The notes: generated by a model from the sequence alone, not told the origin. A stretch of DNA of 64,000 nt from Lingula anatina (GCA_051362555.1 CM120643.1:22696848-22760847), one strand, 5' to 3'; counted from the first letter of the stretch, positions 1 to 40,987 are shown. Made by a program: numbers and translations.

Positions 1-140
1 ATCTGCTGGGTCTTCCAGAAGACAGTCAGAGTTTTTCCCATTTACATTGATGGGCATCTAATTTCTTTCTGTTGGAAGATGGTCAAAAATGGAAGATGGG
101 TCAACAAATATAATTTGGAAGAAAATATCTCTGGATCCTT
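1..140. mobile_element. Diverged MITE family A copy in a CEP192 intron, truncated by the window edge
   Basis: ctgggtcttccagaagacagtcag...ggaagatggtcaaaaa...aaaatatctctggatcc aligns to 37888-38054. Confidence 0.75.
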
Positions 141-401
141 TGAACATGGCAGCACCTAGCTGTAAAAAAGGCCTACAAAACAGACTGCTGGGGTGGGTGG
201 TACCCAAGTGAGGTTGACCTAACATTGCTTGAAACACGGCTTTTAGGTATGTTCAGACATGGACTTCAACCTGTCTAGTATTTGGTGCGAAATGCAGATG
301 ACCAAATAAACGACAAGTCTAAGTTAATCCAAGTAGAATGAAAATACTGTTAATGAGTAGCAGACCTGGTAACAGTGGTAACAGTGGTGACTTGTACTTA
401 C

Positions 402-27924
<27,523 letters not shown>

Positions 27925-28698
27925 GGCTTAGAGTGCATGGAGTTCATGAAACAATACAATCATTCTGAAAATAAAAATAAAAATAATTACTGTACAAACT
28001 GCAATGGAGACAAGTCACCACACATGCTCAGTTGAATATCATGTGCGTCTTTACTACGGAACAATATCACTTGAGGTTGGGCAGATGTTAATTTATGTTT
28101 AAAATTTATCATGGTGTTAATTTATCTTTGATTTGTCCTCTCTTTTTATCAACAATACAACAATATCAGGTGCAGGCTTGCAGTCACAGGTAAGGACTTC
28201 AAAGATTTTTGTCTTTAAGTGATGTGGTGATATCTGCATTCACGTGTACTATTAAGGTATGCCGAAATTCAAGTGTGGATCTGGAGCAAATGACGGGCCT
28301 ACTTCTGCATATTCCCATGCATCATATGCCCCATTTCCAGATCTACAATTAACATTCTCCCGTCTCCCACACAAAATTTAATCTACTATCAATTTAAATC
28401 ATATCACAATGACATTAATATTACATTCTACACTAAACAGTCCAATCACACCGATCACAATGCACTAAAAACAAAATGAAGTAAATTGTAAACAGTTGGT
28501 CTCATTCAAAATATCAAACGTCAGTCGTCACCAATCACAACGATGTTTTATCCCTTACCACTCTGCTGTGGCCGATATATTTCAGTATTCAACATTACAA
28601 GATTGCTCTTAATGTTCCTTTAACACTCAAAGTGAATCCCACATTTGCCATTTTTCTATATCGACACAGCTTTTCATTTATTTTTCAAGACTACTCAC

Positions 28699-28715
28699 GT
28701 TCGAAAGTCCGCCAT
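28699..28715 (-). other. Putative first exon of CEP192 with an ATG (MADFR) and a strong donor
   Basis: Minus strand ATG GCG GAC TTT CGA AC|gtgagt; a second possible donor agagtg|gtaagg lies near 28559. Confidence 0.55.
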
Positions 28716-28826
28716 TGCATATTCGTTGTACGAAGTGGAATTTTTTAAAGAATTTGATTGGCTGAATAAAAGGACTAGGGGTGAAGGTCATTCAAAGTGA
28801 AAACCCATCATTTCTCACACAAAAGT
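28716..28826. promoter_or_regulatory. Compact bidirectional promoter between CEP192 and STMP1-like
   Basis: Divergent ATGs at 28715 (-) and 28827 (+); inverted CCAAT (ATTGG 28757-28761), TTTAAA 28744-28749, TGAAGGTCA 28782-28790, TTCAAA 28791-28796. Confidence 0.6.
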
Positions 28827-29010
28827 ATGAAATCGATTGTGAAAAGTATGGTAAGCACAGCTAGCTATTTTATTTTTTCTTTTAGATTCACGCAAGTCTA
28901 CAATTGTTTAAAGTTCATCACAGTTATGCCTTTCTTACAAATGACCATCGGCATCGGTTATAAACTGAGAGTTGAGTCGTCATGAAACAACTTTGGAGTA
29001 ACCCTTGGAG

Positions 29011-29041
<31 letters not shown>

Positions 29042-29872
29042 ACCCACACACACACACACACACACACAACCACAGACGCGATGTTCGGATAGTAAGTAGG
29101 TTGAACCCTCCTTAACCCTCAAAGTATGTTCCTTCAATATCATCCTGTCGATAGATCCAAGGCAATTTATAAACACTTACATGTATAATACTCCCCCTTT
29201 CCTGGCTTTTAGCATTTTCACTTTGTGAGCTTGAAAATTTCTTTCTCATTTTTTTCGACTCTAGCCGTCTTTTCTTATTTGATAATTTTAATATTATGCT
29301 TATGCAGGTGATATTTGCTTTTGGAATATATGCAGGGATCTTCGTAGACCAAAGATACCAGGTAGGTTTAATTTAATAGATGCATGATGAAAAGGTGGTT
29401 TATTGGCACTTTTGCAGTAATCCCCTCACCATGTAAGGCTGCGTTCACATGAAAAATCTATTTGCGGTATCTTGTGATCACAGTCTGTGCCCTGAATACC
29501 TACTGTATAATTTCTGGATGAATGATTCATTGAAAGAAAAAAACAAGGTGTTGCCAGCCAACCCAGCTTACCGTAATTTTATTTATTTATTTTTTTAAGT
29601 GTACTTCTTTCTCTTAGCTTTGGAAATGTGTTGATTGGTTTCAGAGTGATGTAGATGGTAACATACATGTACACAAATATTCAACATATGGTTCACTACT
29701 ATGGACAGTTTACTTTGATTTTAATGATCAGATTTATTTATTTAAATTAATTTCTTTTTTTTTTTTTCAGATTCCACGTGTTCCAGATCCTTCACAGATG
29801 GCAGAAATGATCCAGGCTAAATTTAGCCAATATCAGAAAAAGTTGAAAAACGATGAAGATGAAGGCAAATGA
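28827..29872 (+). CDS. STMP1: Short transmembrane mitochondrial protein 1-like (STMP1/C7orf73 family), 59 aa, 3 exons
   Basis: Exons 28827-28850, 29308-29361, 29771-29872, all phase 0 with canonical GT-AG. Product MKSIVKSMVIFAFGIYAGIFVDQRYQIPRVPDPSQMAEMIQAKFSQYQKKLKNDEDEGK; the GxxxG TM segment followed by QxYxIP matches the family pattern (human G-N-V-V-G-M-Y-L-A-Q-N-Y-D-I-P). AATAAA at 29888. Confidence 0.8.
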
Positions 29873-30171
29873 CTCTATCCAAAATGGAATAAATTTATTC
29901 AGACTGGGAATCACTGTTTTCCTGTTTTTTTTTCTTAAATTTAAGGGAATGGTTATTAGGAGAATAAGATAGAATGTTTACTTCTGAGATGTTAATTCTA
30001 TGATGAGAGTTTTGGCTCCATAGAACAGCTGATCAAGCATCTCTCTTTTAACTTATTTATTGATCCTTTGCTTGCTGTCTGAACTTTTAACTGTCAACAT
30101 ACGACGTGATCTTTAACTGCAGGATAATGAAGGAAGAATTTAATTATCTTTCAAGCCATGTATGAAATTAT

Positions 30172-30334
30172 GTTTAGACCACGGTGGAAGTGAAGAAAAA
30201 AAGACTCGGACGTGGTGTAACTCGGATAACGACGTTTTATCCTGCTAATGGACCCGTGGTCTAAATAACACGTGTATAACGCACTCTTGTATGCCACATA
30301 ACCCTCGCTGACTCGGGGTCTATCTATTACTTAA
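30172..30334. repeat. Probable transposon fragment with an internal inverted repeat
   Basis: TTTAGACCACGG...CCGTGGTCTAAA inverted pair in a CpG-richer patch ending TCTATTACTTAA; family not assignable. Confidence 0.35.
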
Positions 30335-33300
30335 AGTATGTGATGAAGGACCACGCCTTTGTCCACTGACATGTAATTCTTCTACATAACATACCTCAGG
30401 GTTAAACATCTGCTGGATCATGGGGACCTTACTTGACTTGTTGGTGTTGCAGGATAAAGGAATTAATTCCTAGTCTGCTGCTGATAAACTCACAAGCAGC
30501 AGTTTCATAATGTACTACAAGTTAATCCTGTGTCTCACAAACAGGTCCCTTGAATGTGTTGCAGTGATAGAAAGACACTGGCATCTTTTTAAGGTTAAAG
30601 ATGTCATTTGAAGGAAGAAAAACTTTTTGAGAGAGTGTGAAACCAGTAATTTATGATTACGAAGTGTAGCTTACGTAACTTGATATCATTATTGTGTTAT
30701 TGTTGTTTTGTCCACAAAGAAACTTTGACACTAAAGCAGGTAATACTTGCACTCAGTGATAGTTATAGATCACTTGCTAACTTTCTTAATTCGGACTAGA
30801 AAGACTTTTTCGTTGTCTAAATTTTTTTTAAAATTTAAACTGAAATAAAAAAGAATATATGCTACATTACATGTAGTATGTGTTAATGGAAATAGACCAG
30901 TGATAAATTTGTGTCAACAAATATTGAATAACCAAAAAAAAAACTTTATTTAAAAACAACAGTACAGTAATGCTTTTTATGCATTGAATTTATCATTTTT
31001 TATGTGCTCATAAGTCCATGTCCTCCATTGTAGAAATTCCTCTGTACCTTCATCCAATACTACCCAGCACTGCCAATCACTGTCAGTTGTCAATTTTCAA
31101 CCCAGTATGTTATGCTTGCTTTTAGTTGTGACAGATGTGACATGTATTCTTGTATATTTTATTTCATCACATTCATCTCGTCTGTCACAATTAGTTCAGA
31201 ACTTGACTGAGGCTAGGTTTAAATAAGCTCTCTCTCTCTCTCTCTCTCTCTCAACAAGTAAATTACTGGGGTATTATCTGATAATCTGTAGCAAAAGAAA
31301 ATCAATATAAGAAAGATGATCTATAGATCACCTACTAAACAGATGGGAAATCATGCCCTCACTTATGACATGTTCATGCTGGTTATGATTATTTTCAATC
31401 TATATAAATTTCAGTGAGAATATCACAGCCATAATATTGGTGTGAAAACCCACTCAGTGTAAATGTAATGATGGATACAATATTCATTGCTACAAATCAT
31501 GAAGAGTTTGAACTGGTCTACCAAATATCTTCACTTGTGATAATAATGCTTAGCCTGTACTTACTATATTTTTATATTTTTATACTCTATTTTTTATACA
31601 CCATCTAAGCACTGGCGAGTACACATGAACTTTGGGAAGATTGGTGAAAAAATTTTTAATTACAGAAAGCAAAGTAAGATAATGAGTCAAACATACAAAC
31701 CAGAAGTCTGTTATTCATACAGGCACACAGATACTTTATTAATGTAAATCTTGAACTTTGTATGACTTTTAGCTGAATCAATAACCACAAATGCTAGCAG
31801 GACAGAGGTAAATGCATTGTATCACATAATCACTAATAAAACCACAACAGAAGACAGCTGTCAACAGTGTAAGCACTGTGTGAATTTTGAAAAATAAGTC
31901 CCAGATGTACATGTATCTGCAGCGTTAACATATATTTTGAATAAAAAATATCAATTATTGCAGAAACCACAGAGAATTAGCAATGAACTTCTCCATTCTG
32001 CATATGTACCCGGTACTTGCCTGTCAGGTTACTATAGTTTCCAGGATTATAAAATTGAAAATTTTCTGGATTTTGTCTGTCATTTTCCTCAAACATTGTC
32101 ATATCTTTGTCTATCACTTGCTTTATCCTCAAACACATTCCTTATGAGTGTCAAAATATCCCCACTTTCAAAACCATTTGTAGTCAAAATATTTTCCTCA
32201 TTCATGTAATGACTTCTGAAGATCAGGCTGATGCTTTACTTATCATGTGGTCTTTAGCCACTTGCAATGGAGGACTTCCAAGATGACCGATGTAACACCA
32301 CAACCACCCACTTAAAGCTTTTTTAAAACAAAAAGTTGTTAAAACAACTTCTGGCTATATTGGCAATATAAACTAAAAATGTATAATGTTGGCTTGCAAT
32401 GGTCAACTTATTTGGAGCAATTTCCCATGACATCAAAGTCCAGTATAGAAGGGATTAATTCAAACTGAAAATTTTTATGCTGACAATAGCTGAGCATCTT
32501 TAGCATACGTCAACCTGTTTTGGGGCAATTTCTCATGAACCCATAGGCCAGTTCAGACAGAACTTATTTAGACTGAATATCAATATACATTCTATGAACA
32601 GACAACCTGAAAATACAAAATTTCCATTCCCTTCCCCTTGATGGTAACTTTTCCCCACCCAGCATAAGGGACTAATGGTGACTTATTCTGGCCCAGCTTA
32701 CATTTCCTGTAAATTACTGTACACTCTGGGGTCAGGGTACCAATGAAAACTTATCCCTGTCTAGCTGGCATTCATTCTCTCTTTTCATACAAAGGCAATG
32801 GCATGCATGTGTATGTGTGTAATATGTAGACAACAAGGGGAGATTTCCTGTCAGATTCTGAAATGCCTGATACATTTCTCTATGTTGCCTGATGATACGA
32901 GTTTGACCTACTTCATCATCCAAAATAACTCATGTCTGAACATGGCTTAACCTTGAACTGGGGTGAGAACAACATAATAGATATATTTCTTATTATCAAC
33001 TCTTGCAAGATTTCATCCCACACATGAGGTGCTATTTATGTAACAGGTATGCCTTAGGCTCATGAAGGTCATAACTTAGATTATGTGTCAAAGAAGTGAC
33101 ACATTTTTGCATATAATACCCATACATAACCATCAAAAAGATACTTGTATTAAATTATTCACAACCCCTTGTCATAAGAGAGAGAGAGAGAATTTCACAC
33201 ATTGGTATTATATGTACATGTATATTACACTTTTATGTTTGTATTATCAGAATTATCATTGAAGGGGGCAAATTCAAAATTTCTGACATTTTGAACATGA

Positions 33301-35332
33301 TAGAAGTGTCTGTTGTGGGCGGAGGAGAGACTGCCAAAAGGCATCTCCTAGATTCAGTTTTTAGCAGCTATGAATCATAAATTTAACATGACAATGACTT
33401 TTACATGTACAAATCAACAAGACTTGGCATAATGTTTCAACTATGTATTTCTCCTTCTGAACAATGAACGAATCACCATCTTACAAAAACATTGTAAGCA
33501 ATATTCTTGATACCACACAATACAATTAAAATTCAAATTATTGGTCCCATTTAGTATCATGATTCAAGTATTTGCAAAAGACGCTGTTAAAGATAATTTA
33601 TACAAGAAGTAGTTAAGGCCTCTAGGACTGAGAATGGGAGCATGCTGTGTTTGGAGATCTGTTTTATGCAATGTTACACCACAAGTCAGCAAGGTGTCTG
33701 TGCTATCGAGGATACACGAAGCACCAATGGCTATAAGATTCACCTCCAATTAATGCTAAAGAAAGGTGTATCAGACTTACATGTATACTACTGCAGATGT
33801 CGAGAAAAAAATAATACAGGCACAAGACAAAACTCCCACTCATGAATGACATGCTTGTATGTGAGATAATTATTACCACATCTGTATCTTTCTTCTTCAA
33901 CATCAGCCACGGTATAAATAAATGTAACCACAGTTAGGATAAACTTAAAGTTTGATATACACTTAAATGTACAGGGACGAAAGTAAACAGTCTTGTATTG
34001 TAAAGTTGTGGCTATAATCAAATAACAACAAAAAATGAGTAATATCTTAATAACAAGCAAAATTGCACCTCATATTTCACAATCATAATTATCTTCACCA
34101 ATTAACACAATGCAAATAAATCTAAATATTTCTTTCAAAAAGGAAAAAATATTCAATACATTGTCCATAAATCAACCATATGAGACTTGCACCGCATCAA
34201 TACTAGTCTTAAGTTAACAAAACAACTAAATTAAAAGAGCTGTTGCTTAGTAACCAAGGCCAGAGATCTCCGTTGCTTGTGCTGTAAGCTTGAGTTAAAA
34301 AAACAGTTGTCCTCTTCATTTGACAAAAAAAGATAATAATCTTAACATTTACAGGAATGTGTGGCTTTTATAAAAGAATTAAATTGGCATAGAAAAAAAA
34401 AGAAAATAAATTTGTTCTTCCCATGTTCATGCTTCAGTCAAATACATAAGGAACTTTATAGTGCCTGTCTTTCTGATGACTGTAACAATTCTTTGCCATG
34501 TACGGCATTCAAACCACCAGATGACATAAATCTGTCATTTGTGGCCAAACCCGCCAGGATGTGACCTAGAAGTGTGAATAACGCTCCTTTATGTGGCTTT
34601 AGCTAATAATGTGTGCATCTGTGATTAAATGGCAACACTAAAGAAAGAGAAAGCCGGCATTAAAAATGTATGTGTACTACATTTTTAAGCAAGCAAATAC
34701 TGAAACTCTGTCCCTTTTTTATCACTCAATCTCTTGTTCTTAAGTACTTTAACAAGCAATTTCTCCAGCTGACTTGGCAAGCTTATAGGCAAAAATTCTT
34801 CATTTTCATATCAAAAACTACTACAATTGGCCCAGTGTTACCCCCAAAGCATTGGTCCAGTTTAAGATACTGTCCCAATGATGATATTTCTTCACAATTT
34901 AGCCCAATTACTCTCCTCAGAACATTTCCCTTCCTCACAAGGTAGTTTCATTGATGAGAATATTGCAATTAATGAAAGTTATTTTCACTAAACTGACTAC
35001 ATGATTGATCTCACAAGATGTTACATGTTCTCTGAATTTTTTGAAGAATCACGTCCCACAAAATTTCCAACATGGCTGCAAATACTGATTCTAATACTCA
35101 TTACATGCTTAAGGAGTCCTGATGAAGCCGTCTAAATCACAGTTAGGCTGGCACTGTTGGTTTTTGTTGTCAAATGAAGAGGACTTGGCCGAATCCTTGG
35201 GTTTCAGCAAGTGGCTTGTATCATACCACAGTAGTTTCTTCCTGACATGACAGAGTCATATATATATATAATATATTCACATAAGATTTGGGATGAAAAT
35301 TTCAATAATTCAGTCTTGATTGTCAGTCAATT

Positions 35333-38300
35333 CTATCCCCTCACTCCTGTACCATAGTTGGCACCACCTGCCTTTATGCACGCCTCTCGTAATTCCTCCT
35401 CATCAAGTTCATGAGCCTCGTGTGGCATAAGTTCTATTGCAAAATTCTGAAATAATAAACGAAATTATGTTCAAATATTGTAGAAAATAGTTCTGAGATT
35501 TATTTAAACATCCCAAATAATACAGTTTGAAAAGTTCAAAATTAACACAGAACTTTTTACAAGTAATGTTTTTATAACATGAGTATTATTGCATTTATCC
35601 ACTGCACCTGTCGTCAAAAGTCCTTAAGTTTAAATACTTCAAATTCTACCTTTTTACTTCATTATAAAAAGCAGTCTTTCACATGTTGTATATAAATGAG
35701 GATGTCGATATACATGCAAGGGGGGTGGGGGGGGGGGGGGGGGGGTGGAACCTGCTGGCAATAAAAACATTTTGCCTTCCTGGATCTGCCTGTGCTGTAC
35801 CAGATTTAAAAAAATCTTTTTTCTACTGGTATTCATACTTACTTGTATAACTTCCTTAATGACAGCCTTGTCTGTGCTCATTTTGGCCTTCTTTAGGGCT
35901 CCGACATTTGGCCCCACCCATGCCACCAGGACAAACTTGGCCCTCCTGCTCAGTTCATCCCCAGTGTATATACGGACGTAACCAAATAGACGCTCATCAT
36001 CTGGAAAAACAGAGAATATTATGTTGAATTCTACAAAATTACTAAATGTTAATGCATGCTATGGGGCCCTCTGCTAATAATGTAAATGCATATATTCTAA
36101 ACTTGCTGTTTGCTTCTACATAATAGTATTATGTCTAAAATCATTATGTACTGGACAAATATATAATCCATTACACTGTATTGAATACTTTACTGATGTT
36201 TGTTGTTTCCAACTACTTTGCATAATTTGTACTGTATTAATGTACTGTATCATACTGTACTGTACTACTTAGCTTTGTATTTACTTATTTATCATGAAAA
36301 TATCATTAATAATTATTTTTCTATTTATAATATGATTGGACCTCAAAGTTGAAAGTTTTATATTAAAAGCTTTTAAAATAAGAGGATTACAATATAATAA
36401 TAATAATAATAATTCAAATTAAAAACTAGTGACTGCTTTCCCATTTTTGTTCAAAACCTACACTTTCCTTAAAAATGTGTTTTGGTATGAGTTATGAACT
36501 GTAACACAGTACAGTTACCTGGAACTTCCAGCTGGTTGCAGACAGCTTTATCACTGCTTGGCAAATCAGTTAAGTTTATTTATTACCTGTATAATGATGG
36601 CATGTGCTCCAGCTTTAAACAATTTAAATCAATGTCAATGCACCTTTAGAGACTACACATGTACCTGCACTGATTGTTACATATTATTAATAACTGACTA
36701 GACAGTCTACATGTGCCACTTAATGACAAAGCAAGTGGGACTTGGTTTCTTGAAAAGAAAGGACATTGATAATACTCTGCCCTATCTCATTTAACCTGTT
36801 TCTACATACAGTGACATTCATAGTCACCAAAGACATTCAAACAGTTATGCAACATGTTTTATGGCTTCCTCTTTACGGTATATCAAACTAGGCTTGTTTG
36901 ATAACCTTTGTGAGTTAAGTCACCCTACTAGTGCACATCAGCTACAAGATTCTTTTCAGCAAGTTAATAAACACAGTATGAAAAAAAAAATAAAATTATA
37001 ATTTCGTGGTTATCAACATTTCATTGATTTTTCACTGTTATATTCAGTAAACAAAGGTTCTGGTATGCTATTCTATTTCTGCTATGTGAGGTCGTGTGTG
37101 TGTGTGTGTGCGTGTGTATGTGTGTGCGCGTGTGTGTAAGAGAGAGAGAGAGAGAGAGAAAAGAGAGAGAGGTTCAAACATGCCCAACAACCAGCAGGCT
37201 AGCAATACAAGCTTCATGCATCTTAATTGTATTATCAAATGAGTGGAGTATGAAAATGTGAAAGGATATGGGTAAATTGATTATATAGGCCTGCCCTTTG
37301 GACTAATAATTACAGATTTTTATCTGCACAGTGGGTAGAATGTCTTCATTGTCAGCTACACAATGACAGAATAGATAGAGATATTGGTCAATTGACAGGA
37401 GATGACATCTTCAGTTTCAAAGTACACACACTAAATCATACGCCCTGTTTAACAGCTGTTACATTCTATATTTTACCTTCTACCATTAGCTAGTTATATT
37501 TGGCACAAATGCCTCAAAGAACAGGGTGAAAATTCTCTTACCTGTGTAGCCAACCGAACAGGTGCTCAGCCTCATTTTAACAATAAGAACCTTGATTTTT
37601 TTTTCTCATTTTTCATATTTTAGTGGTTACATTACAAACAATGCATGTGCTTGCTTTGTTTATATATATAAGGCTATAGACAGTATGTGTCCCATGTGCA
37701 ATATCTTTTAATAAAATCAATTTTGTTACAAAAAGTGTAACTGTGAACAATTTGTAACAATACTGTTTCAAGTCTTTCAGGCTGTACTCTGTAACACAAA
37801 ATTGATGTCATACTAGTTCATGCCATGACCATAATAACTGAATCTTTTTTCACAAAGGTCGTGCAAAGTTTTGGCTAACACTGAACACAGGGGCGGATTT
37901 AGGCCGTCTTCTGGGTCTTCCAGAAGACGGTCAGATTTTCAAGTTTACATTGGCGGGTATCTAATGTTTTCTGTCGGAAGACGGTCAAAATAGAGGATGG
38001 ATCAACAAAGATAGTTTAGAAGACTGTTAGAAAATATCTTTGGATCCGCCCCTGGAACAGGTGTCTAAGTGTGACTGGGCTGGGCTCACCCACTAACAAG
38101 TAAATTGTAGCCAAGTGATAATTTTGTTAAATAAATTGAAAAACATTTTAATTTCTTCCCTTGAATAATTACCCATAATCTGATTCCAAATTTTGATTCA
38201 AGTGCACTGATATAGCAATGTGATCAAAAAACTCTTTCTTTATCTTAATCACATCTCCAACCTACATGTACTGTAGTATTGTTCTGATTAAAATTACAAG

Positions 38301-39025
38301 TATGCCTACTGGTTATAATCGTGCAGACAGGCTGAAAACAATACCAATTAACACACCCACGACCCTATGACAAACATTGTCCAAATATAGCTTGCACTTC
38401 ACCCTTACTCATGGATTAGCATTTAAAACACGAACCAGCAATTACTATATATTAATTGGCACCAGTATAAAGTTTTGTCTTCTCTTGTTTCCTCTCATAA
38501 GGAATTACCTTAGCAACTGTCCAATAACATGGTCATAATAAATCACAACCACTTGTTGGTGAGAGGGGCTGTGGAGCTATATAAAACCATTTCATTGTGA
38601 TTCTATGTTATCAGCTACAAAGGGGAGAAATACCATATTTGGTGATATTGACAAAGTGACGTCATACTCGCTAGTCCTGTCTCACCCTCTTACCTGAAAA
38701 TTTGGACTTAAATTCCGCATAATCCGTGCCCGTAGAATCAAGAACTATTTCTGGTCCGTTGAATTTAAATACTGCCCTGGGAATATGATAAATAAAAATA
38801 TTTAATGAAAAGCATTTTAATAAATAATTCACTTATTTGTTACTTCTGATTGAAACTCAAAGTGGGTGTATCCAAATTTACTAACATAGCTAAGACAATG
38901 CAGCAACAGTTTAAATGTCTTACAAATTAACTAAATCGTCAAACTCACCAGTTGGTATCTGTGCTGTCACTTCGGACTTCTTCATATACAGCATAGATAT
39001 CATTCTTATTCATTGTCGTGGACAT
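35333..39025 (-). CDS. COTL1: Coactosin-like protein (ADF-H domain), 143 aa, 4 exons
   Basis: Exons 39025-38949, 38776-38694, 36000-35843, 35446-35333 splice in frame: MSTTMNKNDIYAVYEEVRSDSTDTNWAVFKF...DDERLFGYVRIYTGDELSRRAKFVLVAWVGPNVGALKKAKMSTDKAVIKEVIQNFAIEL...KAGGANYGTGVRG. Confidence 0.95.
37888..38054. mobile_element. 167-bp MITE (family A) in COTL1 intron 2
   Basis: TIRs CAGGGGCGGAT / ATCCGCCCCTG; 5-bp TSD GAACA; near-identical copy at 63853 and diverged copy at the window start. Confidence 0.85.
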
Positions 39026-39094
39026 CTTGACAGATTTTCGGGCGAAAAAAGCGAGCTTAAAATGCCGGTGTCACGTTAGCTGTACTGTGCTGGA

Positions 39095-39126
39095 AGGTCA
39101 AAGGTGAAACTTATGAGTCACGTGAC
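39095..39126. promoter_or_regulatory. COTL1 proximal promoter motif cluster (DR1-like, AP-1, CLEAR/E-box)
   Basis: AGGTCA-A-AGGTGA 39095-39107; TGAGTCA 39114-39120 overlapping palindromic GTCACGTGAC 39117-39126; 70-100 bp upstream of the ATG. Confidence 0.5.
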
Positions 39127-39780
39127 AGGAATGAGTAGTAGGGCTCTTTGGAAACTGGTGGAGACTTGTGCTCTACTTCGTTTCTTATCATATCAAGTTA
39201 ACAACAGGAGCTGATATAGCATATTATAAATACACTATCAAAAGGTCATGCCATTTTATGTTTTAAGCCTTAACTGAATGGGGTCCGTGTCAACAAATCA
39301 TGTCTAAAGTTTCAATGCCTTCAGTAACGCATTGTCTTAAACATGACACGTGAACTGGAAAAGAAACTGGTCCATTGTGATGCGAAAACACAGTCACACA
39401 TGCTGTCCGTGCAACTGTTTCGATAACTTCCTGGAAGGATTTTTACGTGTAATGTCCGTCTAAGGTTCTAATTCTAAATCATCATTCCAAGTCAAAAGGG
39501 TGTGGATGGCCGGATGCAATGAACACACCTAACGCATTCAGCACAATTGCCATGCCTTTAGCCCGTAAAGATGATACTTGTTAACCATATTCCAGTCATT
39601 ATATGTTACAGAAAATCGGGTTCGTGTGCTGAAAAAAAGTTTGGGGAAGGGCCAGCTGCCGAAATCCTACAGTGCATGCAAGCAGGTTATTTTTGCCGGT
39701 TTTTGGTAGTCTATCCAGATGTTGACTGAAGGAAAAGCACGTCTGATCAACTGGTTACCAAAAAGCTTTCCTCCCCCCCC

Positions 39781-39811
<31 letters not shown>

Positions 39812-40657
39812 GCAACCCACTCACTCGTTATAGCGAAAAATGGTAAATAAGGAAGAAAGTCCACCCCCGGTTTACAATATTGCAACGTGTAGGCCTAAAT
39901 GCGTTAATTCTTTTTAAAAATCCAACCAAGATTTGCCCTACTGCAAATTTTCACTGCCCCCGTGAAAAATATATATGCCTCAACTATGCAGTATACTGTA
40001 CATACTTAAATAATAACATCCGTGTGAAAGTAGAAAAAAAATTGGATTTATATGTTTACACCATGCTAACATATTAGAAATGAAAACGCAATTCAAATCA
40101 TAAAATTATCAAACACTTCACAATATAACATTTGCTTTCGATGTGTCACATTTAAAAAGTGGATATTGCAAAGACTATCATGATAAAATGTTTAGATATC
40201 TAAATCGCAATAAGAATATGTGACCTGGTGTCTAGCCAAGAAATAAAACTGCAGAATATTGCCTCAATAAGGCACAGAAAGTAATTTTTGACGCCTAAAA
40301 AGATATAAGCACATATCTCTATCTGTCTAAGTACAAAGACCCAAAATTTACTCCAGCTATCAGCTGCAGCGTGTAGCACATACCAGGACATGTGTGTTGA
40401 GTGTAATGCCACAGATACGAAAAAAAACCCGAGTTGCCCGCTCAGGTCGAGTTTGGCCTCTCTTTCATATCGGGCATTTCACTCTTCTGCATCAAAATAT
40501 TTTGAAATATTGACAACGTTTAAATAACCCTGCTACTATGTAAGGGAGTTGAAAATACGGGAGCCTCAGTGTTTGACACCACCTGAATAGGTTAAATTTT
40601 GATTGGTCCAAACAGTTCGAAACGAACTTGTGACAGGTATACCACTCCCACCCCAAT

Positions 40658-40659
<2 letters not shown>

Positions 40660-40705
<46 letters not shown>
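40660..40705. repeat. (CA)n microsatellite upstream of the Cys-rich peptide gene
   Basis: Direct inspection. Confidence 0.9.
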
Positions 40706-40707
<2 letters not shown>

Positions 40708-40908
40708 GTAACGTAATTAAATGTTAGAATCAGTTTCGGTGTTTCACCATAGCTATGTGTAACAGGTTGCATCACACCTCACTACAGCGGTAGAACTGCA
40801 GCCTGTATTTAGTTAACGTGAATATATCCCATTTTTCTAAAATTTAACGGGAAACCGTGTAATATATCACGATTATAGTATTCAATCACGCACACAGCAT
40901 TTGCTGTG

Positions 40909-40987
40909 TATATAATACGTACGGAGCGTAGACAAGCCCATAACTACAGTTCTAGCTGCTGCAAAAACTGATATTTGTGAGGTGAGT
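40909..40987 (+). promoter_or_regulatory. TATA box and short non-coding first exon of the Cys-rich peptide gene
   Basis: TATATAA 40909-40915; donor GAG|gtgagt at 40981/40982; acceptor ttttgtttcag ends at 41314, 16 nt before the ATG. Confidence 0.55.

Noticed and set aside
29900-35300. Search for a hidden gene between STMP1-like and COTL1
   Set aside because: No coherent exon chain; consistent with convergent 3' UTRs and intergenic DNA.
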